In this document: positions 18,573 through 20,222 of the stretch, piece after piece | Numbering within the stretch: position 1 is the first letter of the stretch | Layout: each line of letters opens with the position of its first letter | Assembly (NCBI GenBank): GCA_036479435.1 | Contig: JAZGFI010000295.1 | Coordinates: 1-20,222 of the forward strand | Direction of reading: 5' to 3' | From: Planctomycetota bacterium | GTDB taxonomy: Bacteria; Planctomycetota; GCA-002687715; DRQF01 | Length of the DNA stretch: 20,222 nt | The notes under the pieces: generated by a model | What the model was told of the DNA's origin: nothing | What the model saw: the letters and a program-made list of their open reading frames with translations, nothing else | Databases searched by the model: none | Program-made: the position numbers and the translations under genes

Positions 18573-19429
18573 CAGGCACTCTTCACTCGTTGCACGATGT
18601 CCCGTAGGTACAACTTCCAGTTTTGATCGGTCTCAAGTTGCTCAGCGGTCTCGATGGAACTCACATATGGCTTCAAATCCAAAGGAGCGACGTCGTCGCA
18701 AGACTTTCGAGCTTGAAACTTCACCTGCAGACGGTTGTCAAAAGTAGCCAAGGCCAAGATGTCGAAGTAGGCGGTTTGGTTGCGGTCGGCAATCCAACGA
18801 ACCAAAGTCGCCGCCTGTTTTCCCGAACCAGACCCAAACAAAGCCAGCACGGCCGGGCGACCTTGCGCTGACACCTTTCGGTCTATCTGCCGAAAACCCA
18901 TCTCCAGAGTTCTTTCGACGCCATGTTGAATGGGATCGGGTCCAGCCACCCGGGCATTGGACCCAAAATAAAACCCAACTCCGCCGATGGCCACCAGCCC
19001 AAGCGCAACAGCGGCGGTCTTCAGCATCCGCCGCCGTCCCGGTTTCTTGAAGTTAGCCGGTCTGGCAATATTAGCGCTCATCGGTAGCAGCGAAGTGCTT
19101 TCATCACTTTCGTCTTCGAGTTCTTTTGCAAATCGGACTTTCAGCTCTTCGAAATAGGCTTCCGCCTTCGGGTCCGCTGGCGGCGCCCATGGTGTTTTCG
19201 ACAGCGGAGCAAAGCCCCTCTCGGTCATTTTCTGCGTCTCAGCGAAATGCTGAGCCAAGTTGGCATCTTGTTCCTCAGTGGGCTTTAAAAAGTCGCCTTC
19301 ACCATGAATCATCGCACGGCAATATGGGCATTCATTGATGTGGCGGATGGCAGTGTTCGTGTGAGCACCTTCGGCCCAGGCCGCAATGAAGGTCTCACAC
19401 TCAAATCCGCCGGGGGCACCTGAATTCAT
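18572..19429 (-). CDS. Membrane-anchored zinc-binding anti-sigma factor-like protein (ZAS / zf-HC2 type), 285 aa
   Basis: Start re-placed at ATG 19429 behind GAGAGGA. N-terminal Cys followed by HINECPYC (HxxxCxxC), one TM helix (TAAVALGLVAIGGVGFYFG) after RRR, then a helical C-terminal domain. Confidence 0.65.
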   Translation of the reverse strand: MNSGAPGGFECETFIAAWAEGAHTNTAIRHINECPYCRAMIHGEGDFLKPTEEQDANLAQHFAETQKMTERGFAPLSKTPWAPPADPKAEAYFEELKVRFAKELEDESDESTSLLPMSANIARPANFKKPGRRRMLKTAAVALGLVAIGGVGFYFGSNARVAGPDPIQHGVERTLEMGFRQIDRKVSAQGRPAVLALFGSGSGKQAATLVRWIADRNQTAYFDILALATFDNRLQVKFQARKSCDDVAPLDLKPYVSSIETAEQLETDQNWKLYLRDIVQRVKSA

Positions 19430-19997
19430 GGCTATTCCTCTCTCGACTTGAAACGGCTTTGCCATGGTGGATGCGATTGGGAGTGCTGTCAACAAGATTT
19501 CCGTGGTGAATCGGCGGCCCCTGTGGGAGTCGCCTTGCACTTCAGGCTGAGGGGCGATGGCTTGCAAATAGTCGAATTCGCGTTTTTTGAGTTTTGGCGG
19601 CGTTGGTGAACTGCAGCTATTTAGAAGGCATGAAAGACCAAAATAGTCCAATTAGACTAATAGGGCCCAAAGGGTGATCATCGCGATCTGTGGGGCCTTA
19701 CGAAGCGCCGAAGATGTGTTTGCCGGTCACTGGTAGGACGCCCGTATCCTCGCGTCTCGCGTCGTAGCGGCGCTCCCTGCGCTGGTCTTACTAAACCCTG
19801 GGCGTCACGAGCTCATACTCGCCTACGCCATGAGGCTCAAAGTACTACGGCGCGTTGGTTTTCTCTCGAAGCATCGTCGAAGAAGCGAGTCGAGGATGAG
19901 CGGCAAGGCAGTGGAGCAACTGATCGAACGGGTCAACAAGCTTTGGAACAAAGAACAGCAGTCCTCCTTAGTTTTTTGCCTCGTGGGCGGCTCGGCT

Positions 19998-20222
19998 TCA
20001 GGGAAACCGCGGCCGAAGGGCGATCACTATAGATGCGGGTGGTGCGGCAGCGTCGATGTGGGCCTCTGCCTTGAGTTCGTAGGCCGGATCGTAGCCCGCG
20101 AGCTGGTAGAACCAAAAAGTGTAGCGGCCAGTGGTCGGCACCTCAAACTCGATACTGCCGTCAGCTTGGACCGCGTAGTCGTTGGAGGAGCTATCTCCCC
20201 ATGGGTAGGGATCGGTGACTCG
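19998..20222 (-). CDS. 3' end of a gene entering from beyond the window; beta-sandwich-like C-terminus (possibly carboxypeptidase-regulatory-like)
   Basis: Open frame from the window edge, ...YAVQADGSIEFEVPTTGRYTFWFYQLAGYDP...SIVIALRPRFP*, with host-like codon usage. It is absent from the ORF track because its start lies outside the window. Confidence 0.55.
   Translation of the reverse strand, partial: RVTDPYPWGDSSSNDYAVQADGSIEFEVPTTGRYTFWFYQLAGYDPAYELKAEAHIDAAAPPASIVIALRPRFP

Noticed and set aside
19430..19651. N-terminal 74 aa of the 359-aa ORF
   Set aside because: TTG start without an RBS; a strong RBS precedes ATG 19429, which puts the ZAS motif at the N-terminus as expected.

Overview
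Bacterial chromosomal window, moderately GC-rich; the gene content suggests a Planctomycete-like organism, but this is not established. The left part is housekeeping: L-lysine 6-transaminase (lat) diverges from serA plus a DUF1015-family gene. The rest is accessory: a Fic protein, a secreted FG-GAP beta-propeller gene, a small membrane protein, three tandem paralogues of an uncharacterised ~750-aa protein (two intact, one decayed), a divergent SWIM-SNF2 helicase, a ZAS-type anti-sigma-like gene coupled to a small beta-rich ORF, and a partial gene at the right edge. The main finding is that the two FG-GAP ORFs (7573..7911 and 6577..7563) form one reading frame interrupted by a single in-frame TGA (W-*-C-I-G-M-C). 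A hairpin fitting the bacterial SECIS consensus follows the TGA directly, which points to a secreted selenocysteine-containing beta-propeller protein with a vicinal Sec-Cys motif.
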